Positions 49,772 through 59,194 of a stretch of 64,000 nucleotides of DNA are shown piece by piece. Made by a program: the position numbers and the translations under genes. The notes under the pieces are model-generated. The model made no database searches and was not told where the DNA came from. It saw nothing but the letters and a program-made list of their open reading frames with translations. The DNA comes from Abditibacterium sp. (GTDB lineage Bacteria; Armatimonadota; Abditibacteriia; Abditibacteriales; Abditibacteriaceae): assembly GCA_965199495.1 (NCBI GenBank), contig CBDASK010000003.1, positions 3,680,001 to 3,744,000 on the forward strand, given 5' to 3'. Position 1 is the first letter of the stretch; every line of letters starts with the position of its first letter.

Positions 49772-51475
49772 CTAATCGAGCGTGATGATAACGAAATTCG
49801 CGACGCCATCGCGTTCGACGCGGAGCGCGACCTGTTTGCTGTCACCAGTTTGCGTGCCCAGAATTCGCTTGATTTCCGCCGTCATTTCGGCGACGGTTTT
49901 CACTGGCTTCTGACCGACTTTGGTGACCACGTCGCCAGCCTGTAAACCGGCGTCGGCGGCAGGCGAGTCGTCAGCGACTTCGCTGATCGCGATGCCCGTC
50001 GTCGGCTTGATTTTCAAGGCGCGCGCCACGGCGGGGTTCAAATCGCGGGCTTTCAGTCCGGGAATCGGTAGGGCCGTGCCACCCTGAAGCACGCTGTTGT
50101 CGCCCGCGCCGTTATCGGGCGCCGCGTCCTCGGACGGAGCCGATTTCGCATCGGGCAACTCTTCGAGCGTCGCCTTGAGTTGAACCGGCTTGCCATCGCG
50201 CAAAACGGTCAAAGTCACTTGACTGCCAACCGGCGAGTTGCCGACGGCTTTTTGCAGTTCGCCCGATTCGGTCACTTTCTGGCCGTTGAACTCGATGATG
50301 ACATCGCCCGCTTTCAGGCCCGCTTTGGCGCCCGGCGTGTTCGGGTCGGTGATGGCCGCGACCAAAACGCCCTCGGTGTTGGGCGCCAATCCAAACGCCG
50401 CGCTCACGTCTTTGGCGTTTTGAATCGAAACGCCCAGATAACCGCGACGGACTTTGCCGTTTTTGGCCAGTTGCTCGGAAACAAAACGCGCCGTATTAAT
50501 CGGAATCGCGAAGCCAATGCCCTGATTGCCGCCGCTCTCCGAGTAAATCGCGTTGTTGATGCCGATGACGCGCCCGTAAATGTCGAGCAAAGGCCCGCCG
50601 GAGTTGCCGGGGTTGATCGAAGCGTCGGTCTGCAAATAATCGGTGCGCGTGTCTTCGCCGCCCAATCGCAGTTGGTTGCCATTGCGGTTGATCGCCGAAA
50701 TTACGCCAACTGTTAATGTGTGATCGAGGCCGAACGGGTTGCCCACGGCAATGGCCCACTCGCCCGAACGAACTTTATCGGAATCGCCCAGTTTCACCGT
50801 CGGCAAATTGGTGGCGTCAATTTTGACAACCGCGATGTCGGTGCGCTCGTCGCGTCCCACGACGCGCGCTTTAGGAAATTTGCGGCCATCGGACAAAGTG
50901 ACGGTCACGGTATCGGCGCCCTTAACGACGTGCGCATTGGTAAGAATCAGGCCATTGGAATCGTAGATCATGCCCGAACCCAAGCCACCGCCGCGACGCG
51001 ACTGCACCTGTTTAAAAGCGACTTCGGCTTTTTCGCGTAGCACGCGGCCCTGCCACGAATTTTCCTGAAAGCTCTGGTCTTGACCAAAGCCGAACTGCTT
51101 CTGGAACTGTTTGAAGAAATCGCGGAACTGCTGATCGGAGCCACCGCCGCCGTTGCCGCCGGGAGCGCCGCCACCAAAAGGCGAGGGGGCACCGGGCGCT
51201 TTGGAGGTATTGGAAACGCGCGCGCCCAAAGTTTCGATGGTGACGACGGCGGGTTCGACCGATTTGGCGACATCAACGAACGCGTTTTGCGTGGCGGCGG
51301 CGTCGCGCGTGGCCGGTGTTTCGACCGGTTTTTCGGTGACGGGAGCGGGAGCGGGAACAGTGCCCTGCGCATCAACAGTTTTGATGTCGCGCACGGCGTA
51401 GCCGGTTCCGACGGCGGCTAAAATGGCGCCCGCCTGCAAAATGCGGAGGGTGCGAGGAGATTTGAATGCTGACAT
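49772..51475 (-). CDS. HtrA/DegP-family serine protease with two PDZ domains
   Basis: GLGSG, LTNAHVV, DIAV, QTDASINPGNSGGPL. Confidence 0.95.
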   Translation of the reverse strand: MSAFKSPRTLRILQAGAILAAVGTGYAVRDIKTVDAQGTVPAPAPVTEKPVETPATRDAAATQNAFVDVAKSVEPAVVTIETLGARVSNTSKAPGAPSPFGGGAPGGNGGGGSDQQFRDFFKQFQKQFGFGQDQSFQENSWQGRVLREKAEVAFKQVQSRRGGGLGSGMIYDSNGLILTNAHVVKGADTVTVTLSDGRKFPKARVVGRDERTDIAVVKIDATNLPTVKLGDSDKVRSGEWAIAVGNPFGLDHTLTVGVISAINRNGNQLRLGGEDTRTDYLQTDASINPGNSGGPLLDIYGRVIGINNAIYSESGGNQGIGFAIPINTARFVSEQLAKNGKVRRGYLGVSIQNAKDVSAAFGLAPNTEGVLVAAITDPNTPGAKAGLKAGDVIIEFNGQKVTESGELQKAVGNSPVGSQVTLTVLRDGKPVQLKATLEELPDAKSAPSEDAAPDNGAGDNSVLQGGTALPIPGLKARDLNPAVARALKIKPTTGIAISEVADDSPAADAGLQAGDVVTKVGQKPVKTVAEMTAEIKRILGTQTGDSKQVALRVERDGVANFVIITLD

Positions 51476-51982
51476 AGGATTTTTCTCGTGATTTGGGAGC
51501 GTTACTGCGCTCTGAAACGCGCAAATTAACAGCCATCGAAGACCGCTATTGCAGCGTTGCCCTTATCTAAGAATTACGTTTTAGGACGTCTCCCCCTTGA
51601 GAGAGGTTTCTCACTGCGCGTGAACAAACCTCGCGAGGCGGTCAAGAAATGTTTCACTTTCGCGCGCGAAATAAGCGTTAATTTCCGGTAAAACACGCGC
51701 GATATTGCGAAAATTTAAGAGTTGTCAAAGTTCCGATCAATCGCAGTCCAACCAATGTCACTATCGCAAAAAGCGCGTTTTGAGGTCAGTGGGCGAAACC
51801 CTTGCTAAATCAAATTTGGGGTTCGCCTTCCAGTAATAATGCCGCAATGCCCGCGTTTCTTTGCCCACCGGGCGCTGTGGCTGCACGAATGGAGAACCTT
51901 TTGGCAAAACTGCGCGTCTTATACTGCGCGGTTTTATCCTCGCGATGAAATTCGAGCTGAAAGTTTGAGTCTGGAAAATACC

Positions 51983-52408
51983 ATGTTACAATCCATTTTG
52001 AAACTGTTGGGCGGACATTTACTGCAACGCGCGGTCGCGCAGGGTGGCTTGCAAAAGGCTTTCGACTGGCGCCTCGGACTTCACCTCATGCGCGATGGCC
52101 GCGTCCCGGCCAAACACAAGTTGCAGGCGGTTTTTCTCGGCGTTTTGGCGTTAATCGCCCTCGAAGTTTTGGAACTGCCGATTCAAGCCGCGATGTGGGC
52201 ATTCTTACCGCTCATCGGTTTTGCCGCCGACGCCGCCATTGACGGCATCGAATTTTTGGCCGTGCCATTCCTCGTCGCTACCATCTCGCTGCCGTTTCTG
52301 GCCCCGCGCGCCATCGTTGATGGCATTCGCAACGCGCGCAGCGGTAACTATCCTAACACCGACGAATATGGTCGCGTTTATGACGCCGCTTCGTCGAAAG
52401 TCCGCTAA
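51983..52408 (+). CDS. Small membrane protein, weak YkvA/DUF1232 resemblance
   Basis: LMRDGRVPAKHK followed by hydrophobic helices; terminator hairpin at about 52424-52455. Confidence 0.55.
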   Translation: MLQSILKLLGGHLLQRAVAQGGLQKAFDWRLGLHLMRDGRVPAKHKLQAVFLGVLALIALEVLELPIQAAMWAFLPLIGFAADAAIDGIEFLAVPFLVATISLPFLAPRAIVDGIRNARSGNYPNTDEYGRVYDAASSKVR

Positions 52409-52598
52409 ACCCAAATTGAATCGAAAATCCCGCAACGTGAGTTGCGGGATTTTTTGTTTTTATCGCGCCAAAATCCACGGAAATTTCGCTAAAAAAACGC
52501 GCCAAAAACGCAACTTTGCCGCGCCCGATACGTCCTTAATTTAATTCATTGAATACAATGAAAATCCACTGTCGAAAGAGAAAACGACAAAATTAAGG

Positions 52599-53582
52599 AT
52601 GGCAAAAATGAACAAAAAATTAATGCTTCACAGTGGCAGGGCGGCGCTCGAATCGCTGCGAGTTGGTGGACGTGAGTTCGGGGTTGCGCCGCGTTATGGC
52701 ATCGCGCCGGGCGATTGGGTGGGCGCGGTTTGGACGCCCTTGGACTCGATGGGCGCACGTTGGTATTCGGGATTTCGTTGGGGCATCGCGCCCGATTTCT
52801 GGGACGAATCGCACGCCAGTCATCGTTTGCACAGCGCGCGCGCCGAAACGCTGGCGCGCAAAACCGCGTGGCGCGAGAGCTTCAAATTTCGCCGCGCCAT
52901 CGTGCCGGTTGATGGCTTTTGGATGTGGCGCGATGTTGACGGCGAGCGGCGTCCATTTCTGATTCACGACAAAGCGGGCGCACCAATGTATGTAGCGGCA
53001 TTGTGGAATCCCGCTGAGAATCGCGGCGCGGGCGAGTTGGCGATTGTCACGGTTGAGTCGAATCGTTTGGTCGAGCCGCTGGGCGCGCGTATGCCCGCGA
53101 TTTTGCGCGGCGACGAAGTCAACGTCTGGCTCGAACCCGGCATCGTGAGCGAGCGGCCCTTGCAGCGCATTTTGAAAACCTTGCCCGCGCGCGACCTGCG
53201 CGTGCGCGCCACCGACGCCGCAGCTACGGGCACCGAATCGCTACGCGAAGCTGCTGATGCGCGCACGGTGATGACCGATGTTTACGGCGCAGAGTTCGCG
53301 CCCGACAAACCGCGTTTTGCGCACAAACGTCGTCATGTTTTGCGCCAGAGCGAGGTGGGCGGCCACGTCTTTTTCAAGACGCGCTCGTTCACGCGCGACG
53401 ACGCGACGGTGTGGCATCCGGTCGTTGACGTTGAAGAAGGTTACGTTCATTGCGACTGCCCCGATTTCCGCTATCGCCACGCGATGCACGACCCCGACGT
53501 TTCGACGCCGCAATGGTGGTGCAAGCACTTGGCGCGCGCCGTGGCCAACTGCCAACGGCACGGCGAATTGGTCGCGGGGTAA
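52599..53582 (+). CDS. Degenerate SRAP (YedK/HMCES) domain fused to a SWIM zinc finger
   Basis: RYGIAP, FRWG, ARAET, RRAIVPVDGFW.W, RMPAIL; C-terminal CDC-x21-CKH (CDCPDFRYR...WCKH). Confidence 0.78.
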   Translation: MAKMNKKLMLHSGRAALESLRVGGREFGVAPRYGIAPGDWVGAVWTPLDSMGARWYSGFRWGIAPDFWDESHASHRLHSARAETLARKTAWRESFKFRRAIVPVDGFWMWRDVDGERRPFLIHDKAGAPMYVAALWNPAENRGAGELAIVTVESNRLVEPLGARMPAILRGDEVNVWLEPGIVSERPLQRILKTLPARDLRVRATDAAATGTESLREAADARTVMTDVYGAEFAPDKPRFAHKRRHVLRQSEVGGHVFFKTRSFTRDDATVWHPVVDVEEGYVHCDCPDFRYRHAMHDPDVSTPQWWCKHLARAVANCQRHGELVAG

Positions 53583-53661
53583 AAATGGAAACAAAAAGGT
53601 CTCGAATTGTAACGGCAATTCGAGTCCTTTTTGTTTGCGCAACTGCGGTAAAATTTACGGT

Positions 53662-55449
53662 GTGAAACGTTCTAATCGAGGGCGCAAGTTCTTTTGGTTC
53701 CTCGCACTCTGCGCGGGCATTTGGTTCTTCCGGGGCAAGTTTCGCTCGCACGATCCGCGCTTTCAGAGCATCGCCTCCACGCTCCACGGCGCCCTGCAAA
53801 AGTTCGCGCCGGACACAACGCCGCCAACGGCAGCCACGCCGTCGGGCACGGGCAAAAAATCAGTTGTGCCCGTCTTGCAACCCGCGCCCGATGACGAGGC
53901 ACCGCCCCAACAATCCGCCGCCGTGCCGCCGCCCGCCGACGAAAGCGCGCCCGACCCCAACGCCGAACTGACGCCCTCGAATTTGCCGCTCAAACTGCCC
54001 GGCGCCCCGCGCATCACGACGCGGCGCGATGCGCGAATAAATGAACTCGAAACCAAAAACGCTCGGTTCCCGACTTTCGCGGTCTACGAGCAGTTGGCCA
54101 AACATCATCTCGAACTGGGCAACAGCGCCGAAGCCGCTCGCATTTATCGCGCGGAAGCCGCGCTTTATCGCCGCAAGGGTTTGAGCGATGCCGCGCAAAT
54201 TCTGGAAAACCGCGCTTCGCAAAACGAGACCGTCGCCCGCGTTTTCGTCCAACGCAACGACGCGCTCGCCAATTTTACCGGCGCGCCGCTCGAACCGAAA
54301 ACCGGCGCTTATATCGGCGCGTTCATTGACCGCGACGACGCGTTGCAGGTCATTTTGCCGGGCGATAATTTTCAGGCTCACCGCTTTCCCAGCGAATTCG
54401 AGAGCCGAGTGGGACGCCGTTTGGGCAGCCTTTTTACCTACGTGAAGTGGGGCAATTTTCCACGAAAGTGGTTGCAGATGTGCAAAGAGCAGGGCGTCAT
54501 TCCGCAAATCGCGTGGGAGCCAGACGACTTAAATGACGTGCAGGACGACGCCTATCTGCGCAGTTGCGCGCAGTTCTTGGACGATTTGGATTGGCCGGTC
54601 TGGGTGCGTTTCGCGGGCGAAATGAACGGCGATTGGACGCCGTATCACGGCAATCCGGCGCTCTATAAAGAGAAATTCGCGCTCGTCCATCGCGTTTTGC
54701 ATAGCGGCCCGGCGCGCGTGGCTACTGTTTGGTGCGTCAACTCGATTCCCACGGAGAACATCGAATCGTATTATCCCGGCGACGCCAATTGCGATTGGGT
54801 CGGCGTCAATTTGTATTCGGCGCCGTTCGCCGACAACGACCGCACGCGCGAAGCGTTTCGCCAGTCGCCGCTCGCGCTTCTCGATCCGATTTACCGAAAA
54901 TACAGCGCGCGCAAACCCATCGCGATTTGCGAATATGCCGCCAGCCATCAGGCCAAATTGGATATGCAAATGCGCCCCGACTTCGCCATCGAAAAGATGA
55001 GTTTGCTTTACGGCGCCTTGCCCCTGCTTTATCCGCGCGTAAAAATGATTTCGTGGTTCGACGCCAACAATTTGGTTCACGCCGAACCGGGTCGCCAGTT
55101 GAATAATTATCGTTTGACCGAACTGCCCCTCGTTCAAAATACGTTCCGCGATTTGACGGCCAGCCCGTATTACTTGAAAAAATTTCCGCCAGCCCAAAAA
55201 GACGCGCCGCAGTTGCGCGAGTTGAAAGCGAACGAACCATTAAAGTCGGGCGAACGCGTCTGGCTATGGGTGACGAGCGCTGATGCGCGCCCATTGGTTT
55301 ATGTGCAAGCGAGCGGAAAAGTGATTTATGGCGGCAGACAATACGGCAAACACGTTCTCGATTTGCCCCAGAACGCGGGCCAAACCGTCATTTTGGTTTA
55401 CGATGGGAGCGGACGCTGCGTTTTGCGCCGTGAAATTTCGTCAAAGTAA
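53662..55449 (+). CDS. Membrane-anchored GH26-like glycoside hydrolase
   Basis: N-terminal TM, Pro-rich linker, IAWEP, VRFAGEMNGDW, YYPGD..CDWVGV.LY, KPIAICEY; GTG start is my estimate. Confidence 0.8.
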   Translation: MKRSNRGRKFFWFLALCAGIWFFRGKFRSHDPRFQSIASTLHGALQKFAPDTTPPTAATPSGTGKKSVVPVLQPAPDDEAPPQQSAAVPPPADESAPDPNAELTPSNLPLKLPGAPRITTRRDARINELETKNARFPTFAVYEQLAKHHLELGNSAEAARIYRAEAALYRRKGLSDAAQILENRASQNETVARVFVQRNDALANFTGAPLEPKTGAYIGAFIDRDDALQVILPGDNFQAHRFPSEFESRVGRRLGSLFTYVKWGNFPRKWLQMCKEQGVIPQIAWEPDDLNDVQDDAYLRSCAQFLDDLDWPVWVRFAGEMNGDWTPYHGNPALYKEKFALVHRVLHSGPARVATVWCVNSIPTENIESYYPGDANCDWVGVNLYSAPFADNDRTREAFRQSPLALLDPIYRKYSARKPIAICEYAASHQAKLDMQMRPDFAIEKMSLLYGALPLLYPRVKMISWFDANNLVHAEPGRQLNNYRLTELPLVQNTFRDLTASPYYLKKFPPAQKDAPQLRELKANEPLKSGERVWLWVTSADARPLVYVQASGKVIYGGRQYGKHVLDLPQNAGQTVILVYDGSGRCVLRREISSK

Positions 55450-55455
55450 GCGCGA

Positions 55456-55674
55456 CAGATGAGTATGAGTGAAAGATAAATCAGGAGTGAAGTTCTGTTG
55501 AGTCGGCAAACGAGTTTCATCTCGTGCCGCGCGGCGAATTGGGCAAACGACGGCAAAAGCAGAATTTCCAAGACTTTGGACACGATTTTGGTATCAACCG
55601 AAATCGTAGTAATGCGCCGATAAATGTCGATGAAGCCTTTGATAATCCACTCGCCGTCATCAGTAGCCACGGCG
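55456..55674 (-). pseudogene. Relic 5' fragment of an EcoRV-like restriction endonuclease gene
   Basis: VATDDGEWIIKGFIDIYRR...HEMKL, near-identical to 59134 onward; then a frameshift, degenerate QNFTPDLSFTH, and truncation. Confidence 0.88.
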
Positions 55675-55698
55675 TAGGCTAATGTTTAATTTCTTGTG

Positions 55699-56127
55699 CT
55701 AATCATTTGGCGGATGCAAGCCGAATCTCGCCAGCACTCGCCGCAAATTGCGCACTCCGAGACGATTTAATTTGAGCGTCGTTACGGTTACGCGACCTAT
55801 AGGAGTCAAAGGGACAACCGTCAATAGATCTTCGCTCCAGTCAAAATGGTCTGCCCAAAGTTGCGTTCGCGGATGAAATAGCAACGCCATCGCTTGAGTA
55901 ACCTCATCGAAGCCTTCAGTTCGGATACCTTTGCTCATGTTGCAACCCGAACAAGAGTAAGCAAGATTCTCCTCGCTTGTCGGGCCACCTTTGGAGAAAG
56001 GAAAGATATGCTCAAAACAAAAAGTTTCTGTCGCGTGGTCGGCGGGACAATAACAGTATTCGCAGCGATAGTTGGCTCTGGCGCGAACCAGTCTTTGCAG
56101 AGCGACGGCAATATATTCGCTGGACAT
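55699..56127 (-). CDS. HNH endonuclease
   Basis: RANYRCEYC, EHIFP..KGG, ENLAYSCSGCN..K, LFHPR.Q.W..HF.W. Confidence 0.9.
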   Translation of the reverse strand: MSSEYIAVALQRLVRARANYRCEYCYCPADHATETFCFEHIFPFSKGGPTSEENLAYSCSGCNMSKGIRTEGFDEVTQAMALLFHPRTQLWADHFDWSEDLLTVVPLTPIGRVTVTTLKLNRLGVRNLRRVLARFGLHPPND

Positions 56128-56507
56128 CAATCTTTTATCAGGCGTGGTTCGGGTGTCGCTCCCATGATTTGGTGCCACAGAGTCTCAAACGGAACAGCGC
56201 GCAACTGCGCCAATTCCAGCACCGCTTCGACGCGTTCTGCATTGAGTTCCTCGCGCGCTTCGATAATCGCCGATAGTTCGGCCCGTTCATCTTCCGACAA
56301 TTTGCCAGCTTCCCACAATGGCGTCAATTGCTGATGGCGCTCAACGCCCGGCATCGGCTGATTGATAATCTTAAACAACGCGGTTTCGCGTGCGCTCAGT
56401 GTGCGCTTTGTGCGGCGCAAGCGTTCCAGTCGAATCGAATCTTCGAGCGATTCGAGTTCGGTCGTCGGATAAGATTTAATCTCTTCGAGAATTTGCGCGG
56501 TAGACAT
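56127..56507 (-). CDS. Small helical protein translationally coupled to the HNH gene (possible antitoxin-like partner)
   Basis: TGATG overlap with the HNH gene; helical, acidic 126-aa protein. Confidence 0.65.
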   Translation of the reverse strand: MSTAQILEEIKSYPTTELESLEDSIRLERLRRTKRTLSARETALFKIINQPMPGVERHQQLTPLWEAGKLSEDERAELSAIIEAREELNAERVEAVLELAQLRAVPFETLWHQIMGATPEPRLIKD

Positions 56508-56571
56508 GAGTGGAAGTTTGACAGATTAACGGCAAACACGATTTTCGACAACGAAGTTATACTTCCCATCT

Positions 56572-56784
56572 ATGACACGCCCAAACCATCGCTTCATTTA
56601 CGCGATGCCTTCACGCAGTGAAGGCATCGCGCGTCTGATAGATTTCGGCGGAGTTTTGGACGCTTATTCGCCGCCGCGCCGCCAGGCCAAGGGCGCCGTG
56701 GCTATAGCTCAGGCGTGGCAAGTTGTGGGCGGCACGTTGCGTCAGACAACCGAAAGCGAAGCGCCTTCTCGCCATGAATCCTGA
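56572..56784 (+). CDS. Small hypothetical protein
   Basis: 70-aa ATG ORF (FIYAMPS..EGIARLIDFGG.L..Y...AWQVVG) filling an otherwise empty gap. Confidence 0.45.
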   Translation: MTRPNHRFIYAMPSRSEGIARLIDFGGVLDAYSPPRRQAKGAVAIAQAWQVVGGTLRQTTESEAPSRHES

Positions 56785-56897
56785 TTCGACGCCGGAACCG
56801 ACTTCCGAAACGCCACCAGAAATCATCCGGCGCGATGAGATTCCTCGGCCCGATTCCAATTGGTGTTAAACAGGGTTGAAACTGTTAAAATAGAAGG

Positions 56898-57125
56898 ATG
56901 CCAATCACCATCGAAATCCCGACCGCAGAAGCAGCTTACGCGGCTTTACAACAATTGCCAGATGAGGAACTGACGCGTTTGCAGCAGATGTTCGTCAAAC
57001 CAAAAATTGACTACGGAGAAAATTACGAGAGCGATTGGAGCGAAGAAGATTTAGAAGACGCCGCGCGCGCGACCGCTTTATTAATAGAGAAACGGTTTGG
57101 CCCCGAAGAGGGCAATTATGATTAA
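56898..57125 (+). CDS. Putative antitoxin
   Basis: 75-aa acidic ORF overlapping the toxin start; GAAGG RBS-like sequence. Confidence 0.65.
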   Translation: MPITIEIPTAEAAYAALQQLPDEELTRLQQMFVKPKIDYGENYESDWSEEDLEDAARATALLIEKRFGPEEGNYD

Positions 57126-57444
57126 ACCGGGCGATGTCGTTACCGCTATATTACCGGGCGCTCGCCAGACCAAGCGGCGTCCAGCAATTGTCGTTTCGAC
57201 GCGTAATTATCATCTCGCGCGTCCCGATGTTTTGCTGGCGATTATCACCAGCCGCGTCGAAGATGCCACAACCGAGTTCGATTGCGTATTGTTCGATTGG
57301 GAAGACGCCGGTTTGCAGTTGCCTTCGGCGATGCGGTCGTATTTGTTCACCGTCGAGATCGCCGAAGTGACAAAGCTCGGCACGCTTTCCGAAGCCGATT
57401 GGTCGGAAGTTCAGAAACAATTGCGGTTGGCTTTGGAAATTTGA
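57118..57444 (+). CDS. PemK/MazF-family toxin
   Basis: MIKPGDVV...KRRPAIVVS...LAIITS...GL..PS. Confidence 0.88.
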   Translation: MIKPGDVVTAILPGARQTKRRPAIVVSTRNYHLARPDVLLAIITSRVEDATTEFDCVLFDWEDAGLQLPSAMRSYLFTVEIAEVTKLGTLSEADWSEVQKQLRLALEI

Positions 57445-57446
57445 AA

Positions 57447-58337
57447 TCAAGCGAACAGCGACAACGTTTCGCTCGAAGTCAAATCCTCCGCTTCCATTTG
57501 CGGATCGAAATTAGTAAAGACTGCCTCAATCATCGGGTGGCGCAAATCTTCGCTGGCGCCGACGTGATAATAATGCTCGATTTTGTGGCAATGATAGCCC
57601 AATGATTCCCAATAAAACGCGGTCTCGTTCTCTCGAAATTCGTTGCTGTGCCACGTCGAAAGCGCCCAGCGACACGGCGCTTTTTTGAGCCATTGCGTCA
57701 AATCATCTTCGTCTTCCATTGACCACGAGTTGAAATAATCGGCGTGCCGCCCAAAGTAAGGCGGATCGACATAAACAAAATCGTCTTCGTTTACTATCGC
57801 CAAAGTCGCCAGATAATCGCCCGTCCCGAAATGCCAATCGTTCATGCGCAGCACGTCTTCGACGGCGTTGACTTGATTGACGATTTTGGTGATATAAGCC
57901 GGAGCGAACCGTTCGGGCTTGTGGCAAAATGGCACGTTGAAGCCGCCCTTTTTGTTGAAGCGCATCACGCCATTAAAGCAGGATCGATTGAGAAAGAGAA
58001 AGCTGAGCGAATCGCCGCTTTCGTTGAATCGTGCTCGAACTGCGTTGTAAAAATCTTGGCCGCCCGCCTGGAGCAATGGATGTTGCTCCTCCAAAAACAC
58101 TCGCACTTTATCAGAAGTGATTTCGCCTTCTCGAATCGCTTCATAGAAGCGCATGATGTGCGGATTGGCGTCGCTCAAAACCGCGCGTTTGGGCCGCAAA
58201 TTGAGCGGCACAACTCCTGACCCACAAAACGGTTCTATCCAGCGCCCTTCGATGTCGGCGGGCACAATCTTTTTCAACGTCGGCACCAGCTTGGTTTTGA
58301 TGCCCTGACATTTAATCGGCGGGACAAGCGTCGCCAT
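57447..58337 (-). CDS. N6-adenine DNA methyltransferase, Dam/M.EcoRV family
   Basis: PPIKCQGIKTKL, IEPFCGSG, LNRSCFNG.MRFN..G.FNVPF, YVDPPY. Confidence 0.93.
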   Translation of the reverse strand: MATLVPPIKCQGIKTKLVPTLKKIVPADIEGRWIEPFCGSGVVPLNLRPKRAVLSDANPHIMRFYEAIREGEITSDKVRVFLEEQHPLLQAGGQDFYNAVRARFNESGDSLSFLFLNRSCFNGVMRFNKKGGFNVPFCHKPERFAPAYITKIVNQVNAVEDVLRMNDWHFGTGDYLATLAIVNEDDFVYVDPPYFGRHADYFNSWSMEDEDDLTQWLKKAPCRWALSTWHSNEFRENETAFYWESLGYHCHKIEHYYHVGASEDLRHPMIEAVFTNFDPQMEAEDLTSSETLSLFA

Positions 58338-59194
58338 TATTCCACCTCCTCGGCGAGCGGCGCCTCGTCTTCGGCTAATTGGGCGATTTCCTGCGCGTGC
58401 GCTTGCAATACATCAATGCCGCGACTTTTGTATTCGAGGTAATCTTTCAAGTTCGCATAAGGCCGCGCGATTCCGGCTTCGCGCGCCATATCCGCCGTCA
58501 AGTAGAACTTCCAATAATCGTCGTAAACCTCCTCGCCCAAACTGGCGAACGGCCCATTGCCGTTGATCAAATCATCAATTTTATTGACCGAACCGATATT
58601 CTTGGTGTTGCCGCTACCTGGACGCGTCGTGGCGATGCGGAATTTGGGTTGCGCGAAGAAAGTAAAGTCGCGCACAACCGACTGAATCTGCGGCAGTTCA
58701 TCCAAATCGAATTGCCGCAGTTCGCCCTCGAAGTTCTCGCACTTGGAATAAATCACGCCCAACACGAAATGTCCGTCGTAATCGCCGTAAGGATAAAGCG
58801 TGTTCTTGTTGCTCTCGCGCTGCCGAAAATAGCCGGTGAATGCGCCCAAAGTCATGCCGTTAATCGTCGTCGCATTGGCGCGATAAGAGCTTTTGATGTC
58901 AACCGCGAATTTGCGCCCCGTCGGCAGATGAGTAAAAGACAAATCGGGATAGAAGTTCTGCCGAGGCGGCGATTCGAGCTTCATATCGTGCCGCGCGGCG
59001 AATTGTGCAAACGACGGCAAAAGCAAAATCTCCAAAACTTTGGAAACGATTTTGGTATCAACCGAAATCGTAGTAATGCGCCGATAAACGTCGATGAACC
59101 CTTTGATAATCCACTCGCCGTCATCAGTAGCCACGGCGCCCGACAGCGTGGTTGCTTCGGCTTGAAGTAAGGTGAGGAATTCTTCGTCCGTTAT
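58337..59194 (-). CDS. EcoRV-like type II restriction endonuclease; start uncertain (ATA at 59194 or GTG at 59134)
   Basis: DTKIVSK, QNFYPD, AVDIKS (PD..DxK), TLGAFT, PGSGNTKNIGS, all resembling EcoRV as I recall its sequence. Confidence 0.9.
   Translation of the reverse strand: MTDEEFLTLLQAEATTLSGAVATDDGEWIIKGFIDVYRRITTISVDTKIVSKVLEILLLPSFAQFAARHDMKLESPPRQNFYPDLSFTHLPTGRKFAVDIKSSYRANATTINGMTLGAFTGYFRQRESNKNTLYPYGDYDGHFVLGVIYSKCENFEGELRQFDLDELPQIQSVVRDFTFFAQPKFRIATTRPGSGNTKNIGSVNKIDDLINGNGPFASLGEEVYDDYWKFYLTADMAREAGIARPYANLKDYLEYKSRGIDVLQAHAQEIAQLAEDEAPLAEEVE

Noticed and set aside
51480..51980. Riboswitch or ncRNA in the 500-nt gap (hairpin gggcgaaaccc...ggggttcgcc)
   Set aside because: I recognise no full Rfam-type consensus; an Infernal search would be needed.
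53278..53661. Long N-terminal extension of the GH26-like ORF
   Set aside because: It overlaps the SRAP-SWIM gene and crosses a terminator hairpin at about 53590-53636.
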